Of a DNA stretch of 64,000 nt, positions 13,164 through 25,689 are shown one piece after another. Each line of letters begins with the position of its first letter. The first letter of the stretch is position 1. This stretch comes from Chiloscyllium plagiosum (taxonomy: Eukaryota), in the NCBI RefSeq assembly GCF_004010195.1, contig NC_057744.1, forward strand, positions 29,727,377 through 29,791,376, read 5' to 3'. Made by a program: the position numbers and the translations under genes. The notes under the pieces were generated by a model. The model had not been told where the DNA came from. It was given only the letters and a program-made list of their open reading frames with translations, and did no database searches.

Positions 13164-13362
13164 GATGTGGAGGTGCCGATGTTGGACTGGGGTGGACAAA
13201 GTTAAAAATAACACAACATCAGGTTGTAGTCCAACAGATTTATTTGGAAGCGCTAGCTTTCAAGGTGCTGCCACCTGATGAAGGAGCAGCGCTCTGAAAG
13301 CTAGTGCTTCCAAAATAAACCTGTTGGACTATAGCCTGGTGCTGTGTGAATTTTAACTTTGT
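13164..13362. mobile_element. Palindromic Penelope mini-element (family A)
   Basis: Two inverted arms; TSD cca(a/g)ctaattct at 13152-13163 and 13363-13374. Confidence 0.85.
13272..13306 (+). ncRNA. Minimal type I hammerhead-ribozyme motif (family A)
   Basis: cac-CTGATGA-aggagcagcgctct-GAAA-GCTA-gtg: conserved core, stem II, palindromic AGCU and 3-bp stem I. Activity not shown. Confidence 0.7.
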
Positions 13363-13934
13363 CCAGCTAATTCTACTTGACAGTTAGGCTTTGTTGAGAT
13401 TTCAAACCAAATGAGGAATGACCAACAAATGGCTTACACTTATTTTTGGTGAACTGAAACAGGCACCATGGGCGTACAAAGCACAAGGACCTGTATATTA
13501 ATGTATGCAGCTTCTCGAACATGCAAGTGCACCATACTGTGAGCCCAACTGACAAATCTAATTTGGTTGTCCAGTGTATTTCTTTGCATACTCAAGATTA
13601 TTCAACAAATGTTGTTCGTTGCAGTATCATATCTAAAGTTGGACATTGTGCTGCAGGGTTTGTAACCATGGAATGGCTTAGTGCAGTCAGTATTTTGCTT
13701 GTTATGAACAGCTGAAGTAGTATAATCTGCCAAATCTTGGAACATACAGTTAGCATTACACTGGCACTAAAATTCATACATCACCTTACTCACTTGTGTG
13801 ATAAGTAGAATGTCTTTTGGTCTTGATGGTAGCACCCTGATAGAGTTGAGCACCACTTGTACTGCAACTATACAATAGCAGCATGAAATAGTTAGTTTTA
13901 GTTATTTCGCAAAGCTTTGAGATTCTGAGACTCC

Positions 13935-14160
13935 TTTGTCTATCCAACTGTTCTTCTCTCCCTTTTGGGTCTATCCCCACTTATTGTCAGCTCCTTATCC
14001 CTTCTCCTTCCCTATCTTTTGCATAAAAAAAAACAATTTTTTTCCTAGCTACCATCAGTTCTGAGGAAGGGTGACTGGACCTAAAACATTAACTCTGATT
14101 TCCATCCACTAATGCTGCCAGACCTACTGAACCATTCCAGCAATTCTTATTTTTGTTGTT
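13935..14160 (+). mobile_element. Penelope 3' repeat (family C)
   Basis: agttCTGAGGAagggtgactggacct..aaacattaact followed by gctgccagacct.ctga; related copies near 21575-21680, 22300-22520, 27478-27638, 28570-28730, 41485-41650 and 56235-56415. Confidence 0.7.
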
Positions 14161-15374
14161 GTTGAGATTCCTTACTCTTCCAGGAAAATCTCATGTAGAC
14201 TCAGCACTTTCAGTACTGGCATTTACCAGTTATCATTAACTGTTACATTCTCTAAGGCAATAGCTTTACCAATCAGAGTCACTTGCAAATCAATCAGCAG
14301 TTTTCTCTCATATAGTTTAAATGTATAAAACAGCAAACATTTGCATACTCATTCCTCTAGCCTAGATAAAATTCTCCTTTTTTCAGTTCTAACCATGTAT
14401 CTTTAGGTACCGGACCGGCATCTGCAATTACATTTGATTTTGTGGCAATGTGAGTGATTTTCAGGTAGTATGGTTGAAGAAACAAACTCCAATGGAATAA
14501 CTTGATATTCTGAGTCTTAAGTCTTCCATAAATGTTTGCAGGTTGTGGTCAGTACAGTCTGTGGTCTCTTTGTGCCCAATTTGGACATGTCTGACAGTGT
14601 TTGAGAGCTAGTGATAAAGTGAGAGTTTTGTTTTCTTCCAAAAAGCGAAGTAAACATTAGAAATGGTAAATAACACAATTGGTCTCACTATTCTGGCTTC
14701 AACTTTGTAAAGGAGGATAGCTTCTAACCCAATGTTACTCACATCAATGGCTGCTTTAACTACTTTTTTAAAGTTTGGAGTTGCCAATTAAAATCGCCTA
14801 TCATTTTTTAATCCAAGCTACATTCACTTTTTCTGCAATAGATCTGTCAGTAATGCAGCTAAAGTTTGAGACAAACTTTCTGTAGAACATAAGTCCCCAA
14901 CAAACCCATGATTTTGCATTTTATTGTAGGAATAGGGAACTGTGTGACTGTTTCATCCTTTACAGCCCAGTGTAGTGCTCCTCCTTAACCCACTTTGTGT
15001 CCGAGGTAGGTCATTTGGGCCTTAGCAAACTCACTGTTTGTGAGATTGACAACAAAGTCAATGATTTCATTTTTTGGAAGGTTGTTGTAAAAAAGTGTTG
15101 CCGGACACAAAGAGATAGTCCAGGTACACTATGCAATTATATAACCATGGCACTGTCTGGTACACCAGCTTGGCAAATGTGGTTAGGTCATTACCGAGTC
15201 TGAACAGCATGATTCAACACTTGTGTAACCTGTTGATTTCCTTTTATGCAAACACTCAAGAGAACCTGCTAGTATCTCTTGAGTAAATCTATCTTTGTAA
15301 TATAGGTTCTTTTACTGATGCTATGTGTACAATCTTCCAGCCGGAGCATCAGCTAGGAGTCAGTTCTGGTCACT

Positions 15375-17950
15375 ACATTCACCCTTCAGTAGCCAGAACC
15401 TTGTGGAACCACCCAGCTCGGTTATGAGCACAACGGGAGAGCTCTAGGTTGCTAGGCAACATCTGTTGCTGTTTAGCTGATCCCCTCCTGATCCTGGGCC
15501 AGCTTAAGGGAGAGGCCTCTCCCAAATCCATATCATGCAGAGCGTGATGGTGGGGCAGCCTCACTTGTCTCTGATAAAGCTCTTCAATGTGATGACCAGC
15601 CTCATAAAATCTGTTTGCTGTCTGCACTTAGGTGGGTGAATAAGATGAGCATTTCTGTATTGGTTAGTCAGCTTTCAACATGGGCCGCACCCAAATCTCC
15701 ATCCAATTCATCCCACCTGCTCCCCTCATCATCTAGGTCAATGGTAATGGGATTAACTTGTCCCCTTCTCAATATTGATATTGCTCTCTCACCTTGACAT
15801 GACACAACCTTTGCTTTCTCTTCTCCAATCTGGTGTCTGAATCGGATAATTTACTTTCCTGAATCTCTTTGCCAATCTGAACCAGGCTTTTAAAGGTTCA
15901 CCTGTTAATCATAGGATCACCAGCACAAAGTCTCATGGTTAAGGCTTGGGTTTGGGTTGTGGCATCTTTTGTTGCCTCACAGTCCGGAAAAGTTTCAAGT
16001 TGTCTTGATAACCTAACATGGAGATCTCTAGATATTTTGCAATCAACCTATTCAGAGATGTAATTACATAACTCTGGAGCAGGTGGTACTGGAACCTGGG
16101 CCTTCTGGCTCAGAGGTATGGGCACTACCACTACCACAAAAGACCCCCATCTTCTTCTCTAAAAACCTCTCCTTCATTAGTTTCAGAGACTGTACACTTC
16201 GAATGGGGCAAACCCAAAGGACTTATTGGGTGACTGCATAATGATGGGCAGATGAGAGTCTATGAGAAAGTGAGGACTGCAGATGCTGGAGATCAGAGCT
16301 GAAAATGTGTTGCTGGAAAAGCGCAGCAGGTCAGGCAGCATCCAAGGAGCAGGAGAATCGACATTTCGGGCATGAGCCCTTCTTCAAGAATCAGGATGAG
16401 AGTCTATCCCAGTCTCAAGGGGAATTAATGGCAGTCTGCCCTGATTGTTGATGTTAGGTTGTGCAGGAACCACTCTCATGGCCCTGTCACGGAGGATGAC
16501 ACACTGACAACTCTCGCTGTGCCTCAAGTAGGTGACCTGAACTCTTTTGGACATGAAATTTGAGTCTTGATCCAATCAGATCTTGGTGGAAAGACCACAC
16601 CAGGTGAAGAATTGGTTCAACTCCATCATCATTCTTTTGGTGGATATGGTTCTCAGGGATGCAGCCTCTGGGAATTGAATAGGCATGCTCATGATTGTAA
16701 GGATGTGCTGGGAGCCCGCAAATGTTTTTGGCATGGCTCCACATAGTCCACTCACATTTTATTGAATGCTTCCCTAAAAGCAGGTGCAGGAATCATGATT
16801 TCAGATCTGACAGTCACTTCAGTGGCACCGTTACCTGTTGGTCACTGTCCACTCCTCATGTGCAGGCCTGTGGGGGGTGGAGATCTCCACTTCCTCCTCA
16901 GCGTCTCAGTTTTAATGTAGTAACACTCGGGAACTGCTCCCAAGTCAGCTTTAGTGTGAGCTGTCTGAGCTCATGTTTTTGACAAAGGGTCGACATGTTG
17001 GTTAGCTGATAAGCAAGTTTTATTCATTACCTCCTTGAGAGCTCGTGGACTTCCAAAAAAGGTTTTCGATAATCAGCCTAGAGGATCTCTGTTTGCAGTG
17101 CCATCTCAGAAGCTGAGCTTGTTTATCGATAGATAGGATATATACATGTAACTCCTTGACTAGGACCACAGTAACTACTGCAATTTCTGGTCAGAAGGTT
17201 ACTTCTGAGCAGTACAGGTTGGCTGGTACACATATCCTTTAGATCACTACAAGCCTCACCCTGAGGAAATGTGGCCACTCCTTATTTGAATATAAAATGC
17301 CAGCGATTCTTGTCTAACCTGATCTGCACTTTGATAAGTGATTTTCTAGAGATCTGCAACTGATATAAGAACCAAGGCTTGATCTACTGTGATCCCTGAC
17401 TGACTCCCATTCTCTGCCAAATAATTCTCACTGTATTTTCTGTAGTTCCTAGTAGTTGGCCTGGACATTGTTGGTGAAAGCACACAACCTTCTTGGCCTC
17501 ACTTTCCATCTTAGTCCGGAGAAGGATTCCCAACATTCCCCTCTGTCCCATCATTGCTAAATTTCACTCTTGCCACCTCTATTTTTTTCAGTTGGTTGTG
17601 GTGATGATGAAGAGAGGGTTTGTTTCATGGATCAGGTCCTAACCCTGAGCCAATATGACTGCCTGTTTCAGCACAGTCACTTTCTGCTCCCCTGGGGGCA
17701 CTCTCACTAGGAAGGAGATAGAGCTTTTAAACACCTCAGGGAAAATTACTTTACAGAGTTCTCCTAAGTGTTTTCTAGCTTCAGTCCCCACGCCCATTGG
17801 CCACAGCAAACTACATAATTCAGGTACATCTGAGGGTATGGAATTTTTGACATTCTTCACCAGCACTAACTGGTGTATGCATAAGATAGCCTTGTTTATG
17901 TCCTCTTAATCAGTGACACCTTTTTCAGACAAGCAGGAGTAAGCCTGAGA
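15375..17950 (-). mobile_element. Highly decayed Gmr1-like Gypsy internal region (gag, integrase, then RT start)
   Basis: Integrase-like KTFAGSQHILTIMSMPIQFPEAASLRTIST...DQDSNFMSK (16730-16545), RT-start-like HDMDLGEASPL...SPVVLITELGGSTRF (15545-15395), gag-like INKAIL...KNSIP (about 17900-17820). Confidence 0.7.
16264..16394 (-). mobile_element. Penelope terminal-repeat fragment (family B)
   Basis: Exact 13-bp TSD gatgagagtctat at 16251-16263 and 16395-16407. Confidence 0.85.
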
Positions 17951-17980
17951 GCTTATCATTCAGTAATAAAGACCAATGTT

Positions 17981-19555
17981 TTTGACAGGATATCGCATAC
18001 ATATATGAGGGATGTCCTCTCCAAAATGGGCTTTGGGGAGGGAATCGCTAATTGGATCAGACTGCTCTACACCAACATTGTCAGTGCAGTCTCAATCAAT
18101 CGGTGGGAATCAGACAGCTTCCCAGTCAGATCTGGAGTCAGGCAGGGCTGCCCTCTCTCTCCTGCCTTGTTTGTGTGTTGCATAGAGCCATTTGCCGAGT
18201 CCATCAGGAAGGATACGAGCCTGAAAGGGGTGACTATTCCTGGCAGCGGGGGTCTGCAGGTTAAGGCCTCCCTGTACATGGATGACGTCACCGTTTTCTG
18301 CTCGGATCCGCTGTTCGTGCACAGACTCATGTGCATATGTGACCAGTTCGAACGGGTCTCGGGGACCAAGTAAACCGATGCAAGAGTGAGGCCATGCTCT
18401 TTGGGAACTGGGCCGACTTCGGCCTAACGCCAAATCAGGGACCAGCCAAGCTAGGAGCTATGGCCTCAGCAGCCGCCCGCAGCCCAGGCCAGGACATTCG
18501 CAACACAGTCGGGGTGACTTGAAGAAGGTGGAGGATCATACACCTGTCAATCGGAGCGTGTTTGTGAAGATTTTGGTTGAGTGCTGTGGGTTTGAAGCGG
18601 CCGATGAGTGCTGCATGCACAGATGTGTGCGAAGGATGGGTCTGACCTCGCGGCCGTGGAACGCTCTGAGTGGTTGGACCGTTCCGTATCACCTGTCCTT
18701 TGTGGAGAAGTTTATGAAGAAAAACATCTTTGACCACAAGTCCATCAGGAAGTGGTCAGCACGTAGTGTCTTTGAGACCCTTCGGGAAAAGGAGAGGGTG
18801 GATCCTATCGAGTGGTTCCCTGAGCAGACTGTCAAAGTCATTTGGCAGAATGCCTCATCGCCAGAACTTTCCAACAAGCACCAAGACATGGCTTGGCTAG
18901 TGGTGAGAAGGGCTCTGCCTGTGAGATCCTTTATGCATGCCCGGACTCTCAGCCGCACCGCACACTGCCCTCGAAGTGGCTGCGAGGGGGTCGAGACTGT
19001 CACACACCTCCTTCTGGAATGTGCCTATGCAGAGGAAGTCTGGAGAGGAATGCAGTGGTGTTTGTCGAGGTTCGTCCCGAGCAGCGCCGTGATGCGGGAC
19101 TCCGTGCTCTTCGGTCTGTTCCCCGGGACGCACACCGAGACGAACATCAACTGTGCCTGGAGGATCATCAACTCGGTGAAGGACGCTCTCTGGGTGGTCC
19201 GAAACCTGTTGGTCTTCCAGCTGAAGGAGTTGACCCCGACTGAGTGTTGCAGACTGGCACATTCCATGGTCCAGGACTACGTGTTGAGGGACGCGCTGAA
19301 GCTTGGGGCAGCTGCCGCCAAGGCGCGGTGGGGAAAGACCACCGTCTAACATCTGCCTGCCTAAGAAGAACAGGGGGCCCGCGCAGTCATTTGGGCTCCG
19401 TTGGCGCCTCAGCTCAATGTAATCGCACCAACCTGTGAATATGAATGATCACCCTGTTTCGACACGCAAAGAAATGGAATGTTTACAGAATGATGACATG
19501 TCCAATTGTATAGATTAAATATATATGAATAAAGTATATTTTTGAAATAAAAAAA
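17981..19555 (+). mobile_element. 5'-truncated, internally rearranged Tx1/L1-clade LINE
   Basis: FDRISH...GVRQGCPLSP...YMDD RT motifs, C-terminal CPRSGC...ETVTHLLLEC knuckle, AATAAA plus poly(A); TSD aaagaccaatgtt at 17968-17980 and 19556-19568. Confidence 0.93.
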
Positions 19556-20734
19556 AAAGACCAATGTTGGACTGGTCACTTTAGCTGCTGTGCTACCCAC
19601 TCAACTGAGATAAAGAAACTTGCACTTCTGCCTTATCAAACTTAGGAATTCAATGACCATGCTGAATTGCCTCAACCCTTAATTCCTAGCCAGTGGAGTC
19701 TCTATAGGATACTGTAGGATTGCGAGCCCGCAGTTTGAACTGTCCGAATCTGATTTGATTGAATGACTATTTGAAGGTACATGGGGATAGAGGCAGGAGA
19801 AGTAAGACTAACTGGATTGCATTTTGAAAGAACTAGCATAAACTCAGTGGCTGAATGGCCTCTTTCTACATCGTTCTGTGTTTGTAATATAAATAAGTTG
19901 GAAACCGATAATGATCAAAATAAACAATTCCCCACCTCAGAAGACTAACTGCCATCCTTCTACTATATTCTATATTACTGATTTCCTACAGCAGTGATTT
20001 TGAGTTTTCTTGAAGGCAGATTGTCAATTTCGTGCTAATGCATAGTTCTGACACTGTGGCTCATAGTCAAACATCTGAAGAACAAACTCATCATCTATAT
20101 AAAACAACATCAATAGACTTAATATCATTTGTTTCTCTATACCTTCAAAATGACACTGTGGGGCAGAAATGTGCAGACGTCCTCCTTTTGACTTCATTAA
20201 CTGACATCTTAATGCATATAGTGCAAATTAGGTTAGTGTGTATATTGTAAAATGGAGAAAATGTCTGCATATTAGGCACTCATCTCAAAGTGGCATTTCA
20301 AAAAACCTGCCTGCTTTTATTAATTGCATTACATTTTAAAGAGATATGGTTCTCATTGACAACCATTTATTTTCTTTCAGTTGCCAGACCCAGAATAATA
20401 TAATCAACATTGAAACAAATTACTCTGTTGCAAACCATTATTTGCTTGACTCTTCCCAAAGTTACTGCGACAGTCATGATACATGGCCCAACTCTTTCCC
20501 CTATTGCTTGTACATAAGGAGTGATGAAACCTTGGAATTTTCTGGGTTTTTTTGATACAGCTTCATAGGGGATGACAAATACCTTTAACAAATGTCCTAT
20601 CAGGGCATTTTTATATTATAAATATGAAATTGAAATATTATCCTCCAGGAAAATGTGATAGAAACTTATTAAACCAATGCAACTGGACAGCTACATTGCT
20701 GAACAAACAACAATTTGCCTTGATACAGTAAATT

Positions 20735-21270
20735 TAGCACATTACAGAAATGTTACAACATAACAGGAGGATACTTGGCCTCTCATGTCTGTTACAGTTG
20801 GCTCGTGTAGTTCACAGTTCCATTCCCTGCCTTGTCCCTGACATACTGATCATTATTTCTCTTTAGATTATTGTCTACGTTACTTTTTTGACTCCCTGAT
20901 TGACCCTACTCCACCACACTCTCAGGCAATGCATGACCCACCTTAACTCCTTTTGTTTCTTTGCCAATTACTTTAATCCTGTACTTTCTCATTCTCAATA
21001 TTTTCACAAGTGGACCCAGTTTCTGCCTATCCATTCTGTTCAGACCCCTCATGAATTACCTCAATCAGATCCCTGCTCAACCTCCTCTTCTTCAAGGAAA
21101 ATAGTTCTAAATTCTCCAATCCATCTTGGTAACTGAAGTTCCTTGTCCTTCAAGCTATTTCTCATCAATCTTTTCTGTAGTCTCTCAATTGCCTTCAGAT
21201 CCTTTTTATTGTACAGTAACCAGTACTGGACACAATATTCAACCTGAGGCTAAACTGGAATCTTTCACAA
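20735..21270 (-). mobile_element. Old CR1 3' fragment
   Basis: EYCVQYW-like motif (gaatattgtgtccagtactgg) at about 21240-21220 and CR1-like 3' region. Confidence 0.65.
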
Positions 21271-23029
21271 ATTTAATATAAAGTACTGTCATAAGAACAG
21301 TAATGGGCAAAATTTGAACGTGAACTCCAAAAGAACGTTGAGGATAGGTGAATAAAGACTACGTCAATGAGATGAGATTCAGAGAAGGTATTGAAGGAAA
21401 GGAAAGAGGGATAGAGTGGTTTTGGGAGGAAAGTGACAGTTAGCAGTGTTAGGATGATGCAAGTGGAGACGGACAATCAGAGGAATTCGATACCATGGAT
21501 TGGTATTAAACTGGGGAGATTCCAGAGATGCCGTTGAGGTGACGTCATGGAACATCAAGATGAGGATTGTAAAAATGAAACAAAAACAGAAATTGCTGGA
21601 AAAGCTCAGCAGGTTTGCGAACAACTGTGGAGAGAAATCAGAGATAATGTTTTGAATCATCTCAGAACAGAAAGAAGTGTAAAAGTGCAGCTTTGCTGGA
21701 TCTGTAAGCACAGGTCAAAAGTGGAACAAGCATGGTTTAGGACAGGGACTGCCCAGCATTGGATGAAAGGCTGTGCAACAGGATTGTGTAAACGTACTTT
21801 AAACTATATTTCACATATGCTGTGTCATACCTGGGAAGAATGATGAAAGGTTTGCAACAGAAACTTTGCCTTATAGTTGACGTGTCTTACACCTGGCCTG
21901 GATATGAACAATGGTTGGAAGTTACAACTCCCTAAACTGATGTGAAAGATATATTTTAAAAAGTGCCAATTTTCAAGATTGTACAGTGAAATACCTGCAC
22001 CCATTATCATCTCAGTTTCAGTTTATTACTTAGGAATAAACCCAATGAGCTAATTTTCACTTCAGATCATTTGCACTTTCTGAAGCGTAAAGCAGCAATT
22101 CATCCTCACTGGATCTGTCAGGTTGTACCCAAGGGAACTGTTCCACCACTTTCATGTTGTTCACACATCAGTAAAACAGTTCCCCAGAAAATATTAGCTT
22201 CTGTTTGGTTTGGATGCTGGTGTTGATGCCTTCTGGCTATATTTTATCGTGCTCTAGCTCGTAATCCTGTTTAGCAAATCCTATAGTTTTACCGTGAATA
22301 AGAGCAAAGTGCTGGAGATCTGAAAGTAAAATGGGAAGAACTGGAAAAACTCAGCAGGTCTGGCAGCAACTGTTGATAGAGAAACTGAACTGGCATTTTG
22401 AGTCCAATTACTTATATTTGGTTTCTGAAGCAGAGTCAATGGACTTGAAATATTAACTCTTTTTCCACAGAAGCTGCCTGAGCTGCTGAATGTCTCTGTT
22501 TCTATAACTTTCTGTTTTATTTTAAAGGTGCTAAAACATGTAATACATGTAACATGTAAGAGGTAACACCACCACATCTTTAAACCCAACTTATCAGATC
22601 CTTCACAGGCAGAAAGGTTAGTCACTGAAAGATTGAAGGTTGTTTGTAAGGAGCCAGAGGTGACATGAGATTTTGTCAGGTAGCATTTTGCTACAGTCTG
22701 GAATGCGCTGTCTGAAATAATGGTGGAAGTTCAATCATCGTTAAAAAAAAGATTTGCAGAGTGATCAGGAAACAGCAGGGGTTTGGAAACAATTGGATAC
22801 GATTTTTAAGGAGCTGATGGACCTTAGGTGCTGAGAAGAGACACCTTGTCAAAACCTTTCATCTTGCACTTATCAGGACAAGCGTAGAGTGCCAAAATTG
22901 AAATGATCACAACAATTTATACATCAGCAGAAATGTTTCAACAACATGTCTCTATTTTCAGCAAGTATGTCTTTAAAAATGGCATTTTTAAAGCAGCACT
23001 AAAGCATATTTAAGCAATGAGACTTTTTG

Positions 23030-23392
23030 CAAGCTGAGGTCTACAAATTCATGAGAAGTATAGACAGGGTGGATAGCAAAAAACTTTCCCAGAGTAGGGT
23101 CTCAATTACTAGGGATCATGAGTTCAAGGTGAGCGCAGAAAAATTTAAGGGAGATGTGTGTGGAAAGTTCTTTAAGTGGATGGTGGTGGGTGCCTAGAAC
23201 GCAATGCCCACAGAGGTGGTAGAGGTGGGCACGATAATGTAATTTAAGATGCATCCAGACAAATACATGAATGGGCAGGGAGCAGAGATCTTTAGAAAAT
23301 AGGCAACAGGTTTAGATAGAGGATCTGGATCAGTGCAGGCTTGGAGGGCTGAAGGGCCTGTTCCTGTGCTGTAATGTTCTTTGTTCTTTGAT
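23030..23392 (+). mobile_element. CR1 3' fragment
   Basis: Inverted relative of 3790-4150; tail gggcctgttcctgtgctgtaatgttctttgttctttg. Confidence 0.85.
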
Positions 23393-24404
23393 TTCCTTTG
23401 AACAAAGAACAAAGGTTTAATTCTCAGCAATCTAGGAAGGAAAAGCAAAGACTTTTGAATCCTACAGCTTTAATTAATGATAGTTACTCATAGACAGATA
23501 TTATCATTCTCACAGGGCTATGTACACTGTCTGGGTGGGACCAGATTGTGACAGGTGAGATTTTCCCCCTACCTGATGTGGTGAGAGCGGGAACAGGGAA
23601 GGTGACAATATTGGGTGAAAATGAGAAACAAAATCAGATTCTAAATGTTGAGAAACACATTGTCTCGATTTTTCCCTCACGCCTTAAAGGGAGACTTCGG
23701 AACCTCACTCTTAGTGTTCTCTGTAGTAATTGGTGCATTTTCATCTTATCAAAGCTGCAATTTGCCTGACGTGTGTGTCTCTTCTGATTCTTGTCTCAAC
23801 CACTGAGAAATTAAGAAACACAAATTCCCAACAGGTAAAAACAAGGTAAGTACCTTACAGCCACAACTCACCAAATGTTTGCTTCAGTTCTCATACAATC
23901 GCAATGGACACTGGCATCCTGTGTGTTCTTAGTGCTGCCATTTTCTCACCAGCTTGGAAACTACCAGACTCTGTCTACTTTGCATTCCTTTCCTAGCACG
24001 CAGTGAGGAACAGGCTGACAGCCTCTGCAGTTCAGATTGCTTTTTAGCAACAAGGGATAAGCAGGCAGCTTGTGGCAGAGGAGAGCACTGAGCGGTCAGT
24101 TTATTAGTCAGACAGACCATGGACATATCAATGTGTGACACTGTGCTACATCACTGTCAAAGCTGCAGCATGCTCCAGCAGCTTATACTGAAAGAACACT
24201 GCTTCAAGTAAATGGCCATGTGTTCAAGTCCAAAGACACAAATTCATGATGGAATGAATGAAGATGATAGTAAGTCAGTGGTTTCCATCAGAGACAGTCA
24301 AGGGGCTCATCAAGTTAAATTACACAACAGGGGGTTGGCCATGGTCAGTCCTGCAGGCCAAGTGCAAGCAATCTGAGAATTACAGATACAACCTGACTCA
24401 TTAC

Positions 24405-24962
24405 ACATACATCCTGACTCCCCCAAGCCTGTCCACCATCTACAAGGCACAAGTCAGGAGTGTCATGGAATAATCCCCATTTGCCTGGATGAGTGAGGCC
24501 TCAAGAAATTTGACACCGTCCAGGACAAAGCAGCCTGCTTGATTGGCACCACATCCACAAGCATCCACTCCCTCCACTATCAACGTTCAATAGCGGCAGT
24601 GTGTACTATCTCCAAGATGCACTGCAGAAATTTACCAAAGATCTCGGCACCTTCCAAACTCATGACTGCTTGCACCTGGAAGGACAAGGGCAGCACATAT
24701 TTGGAAGCACCACCAACATCAAGTTCCCCTCCAAGCCACTCACCACTCTGACTTGGAAACATATTATCATTCTGAACTGTCACTGGGTCAAAATCATTGG
24801 AATTCCCTCCCTATTGGGATTGTGGGTCAGCCCACAGCAAGTGGACTGCAGCTGTTCAAGAAGGCAGCTCACCACCATGACCTCATCAAGGGCAACTAGG
24901 GACTGGCAATAAATGCTGGTTAGCCAACACCACCCACACCCCACGAATGAATTTGAAAAAAA
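24405..24962 (+). mobile_element. 3' end of a CR1/L2-group LINE distinct from the main CR1 families
   Basis: LTPPSLSTIYKAQVRSVME RT C-terminus and tail gggcaactagggactggcaataaatgctgg...gaatgaat; further pieces at about 10335-10480 (-), 36425-36680 (+) and 62040-62955 (-). Confidence 0.8.
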
Positions 24963-25689
24963 CATCGGTCAGGTGCTGTGGAGACACCAGTCTGGGGTTT
25001 ATGATCTAATTTTACTGCAAAGAGACAAAGGGAAGGAGTGAGTACGATGGAATTGGATGCAAGTGCAGCTAATGGTCATGTGTGAACAAGAGAAGAGATG
25101 AGGTGTCCCCAGTGAATGAGTCGGAAGTGTAGGGGAAGGACATAAAAGTTTAGTAGTTTGGAAGGATGCATTGGGTGAGTGGACGTAATGCATTTTTCAA
25201 CTCTGAGTGGACGTAATGCATGCAATAGACAGGGTTGTAGTCCATGGGTCTTTGTGTGATGTGTGATCACTGGCAGAATGAGAATTGGTTCTACAAGTGT
25301 GAGATCACAGATTAAAGATGGTGATATTTTCCCTTGTGGAGCACAGGAGACTAATGTGGCACCACTGGGCAGCCCTCCTGATGTGGGCACAGCACTGCTC
25401 AGTGCTGCAATTCCTCTCCAGGCTGGCTTCGTCGATTAGCCAGCCCCTTTTGGGAAAGGTCTGTAGGAGAAAGGACCCTTCTGGAAGCAAAGATCTAGCT
25501 TGTCTTTTTCCGCAATGTTTTCAGAATTTAGCACAGCAGTGTAAGAGCCAGTTCCCAGTGCGCAGCATCTGAAGTGGTGTGTGCTTGAGCTTTTAAGATA
25601 GCACCAATAGTCTCAAATCTGCAATGTTAGTGAACATTTCTTCCTATTTGGTCACATATATCATGAGAAGTGTACCCTGCAGCTCATTT

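Larger units (their letters stand above)
12995..14345. mobile_element. Old Penelope-like element (family D) with inverted arms, holding nested family A and C elements
   Basis: Minus strand 13620-13470 reads QHLLNNLEYAKKY...HLHVREAAYINIQ (GIY-YIG C-terminus-like); 13050-13150 is roughly the reverse complement of 14240-14330; hammerhead-like core at 13002-13037. Confidence 0.6.

Noticed and set aside
13164-13362. Palindromic elements as DNA-transposon MITEs
   Set aside because: Arms match the 3' end of the Penelope at 3218-3302, are asymmetric, and TSDs vary in length and sequence.
18519-19349. 276-aa ORF as a domesticated host gene
   Set aside because: Lies inside a TSD-flanked, poly(A)-tailed Tx1 copy, starts at TTG, and the upstream ATG is out of frame; kept only as a rearrangement finding.
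25176-25221. 18-bp direct repeat tgagtggacgtaatgcat, 28 bp apart
   Set aside because: Small local duplication with no further structure.
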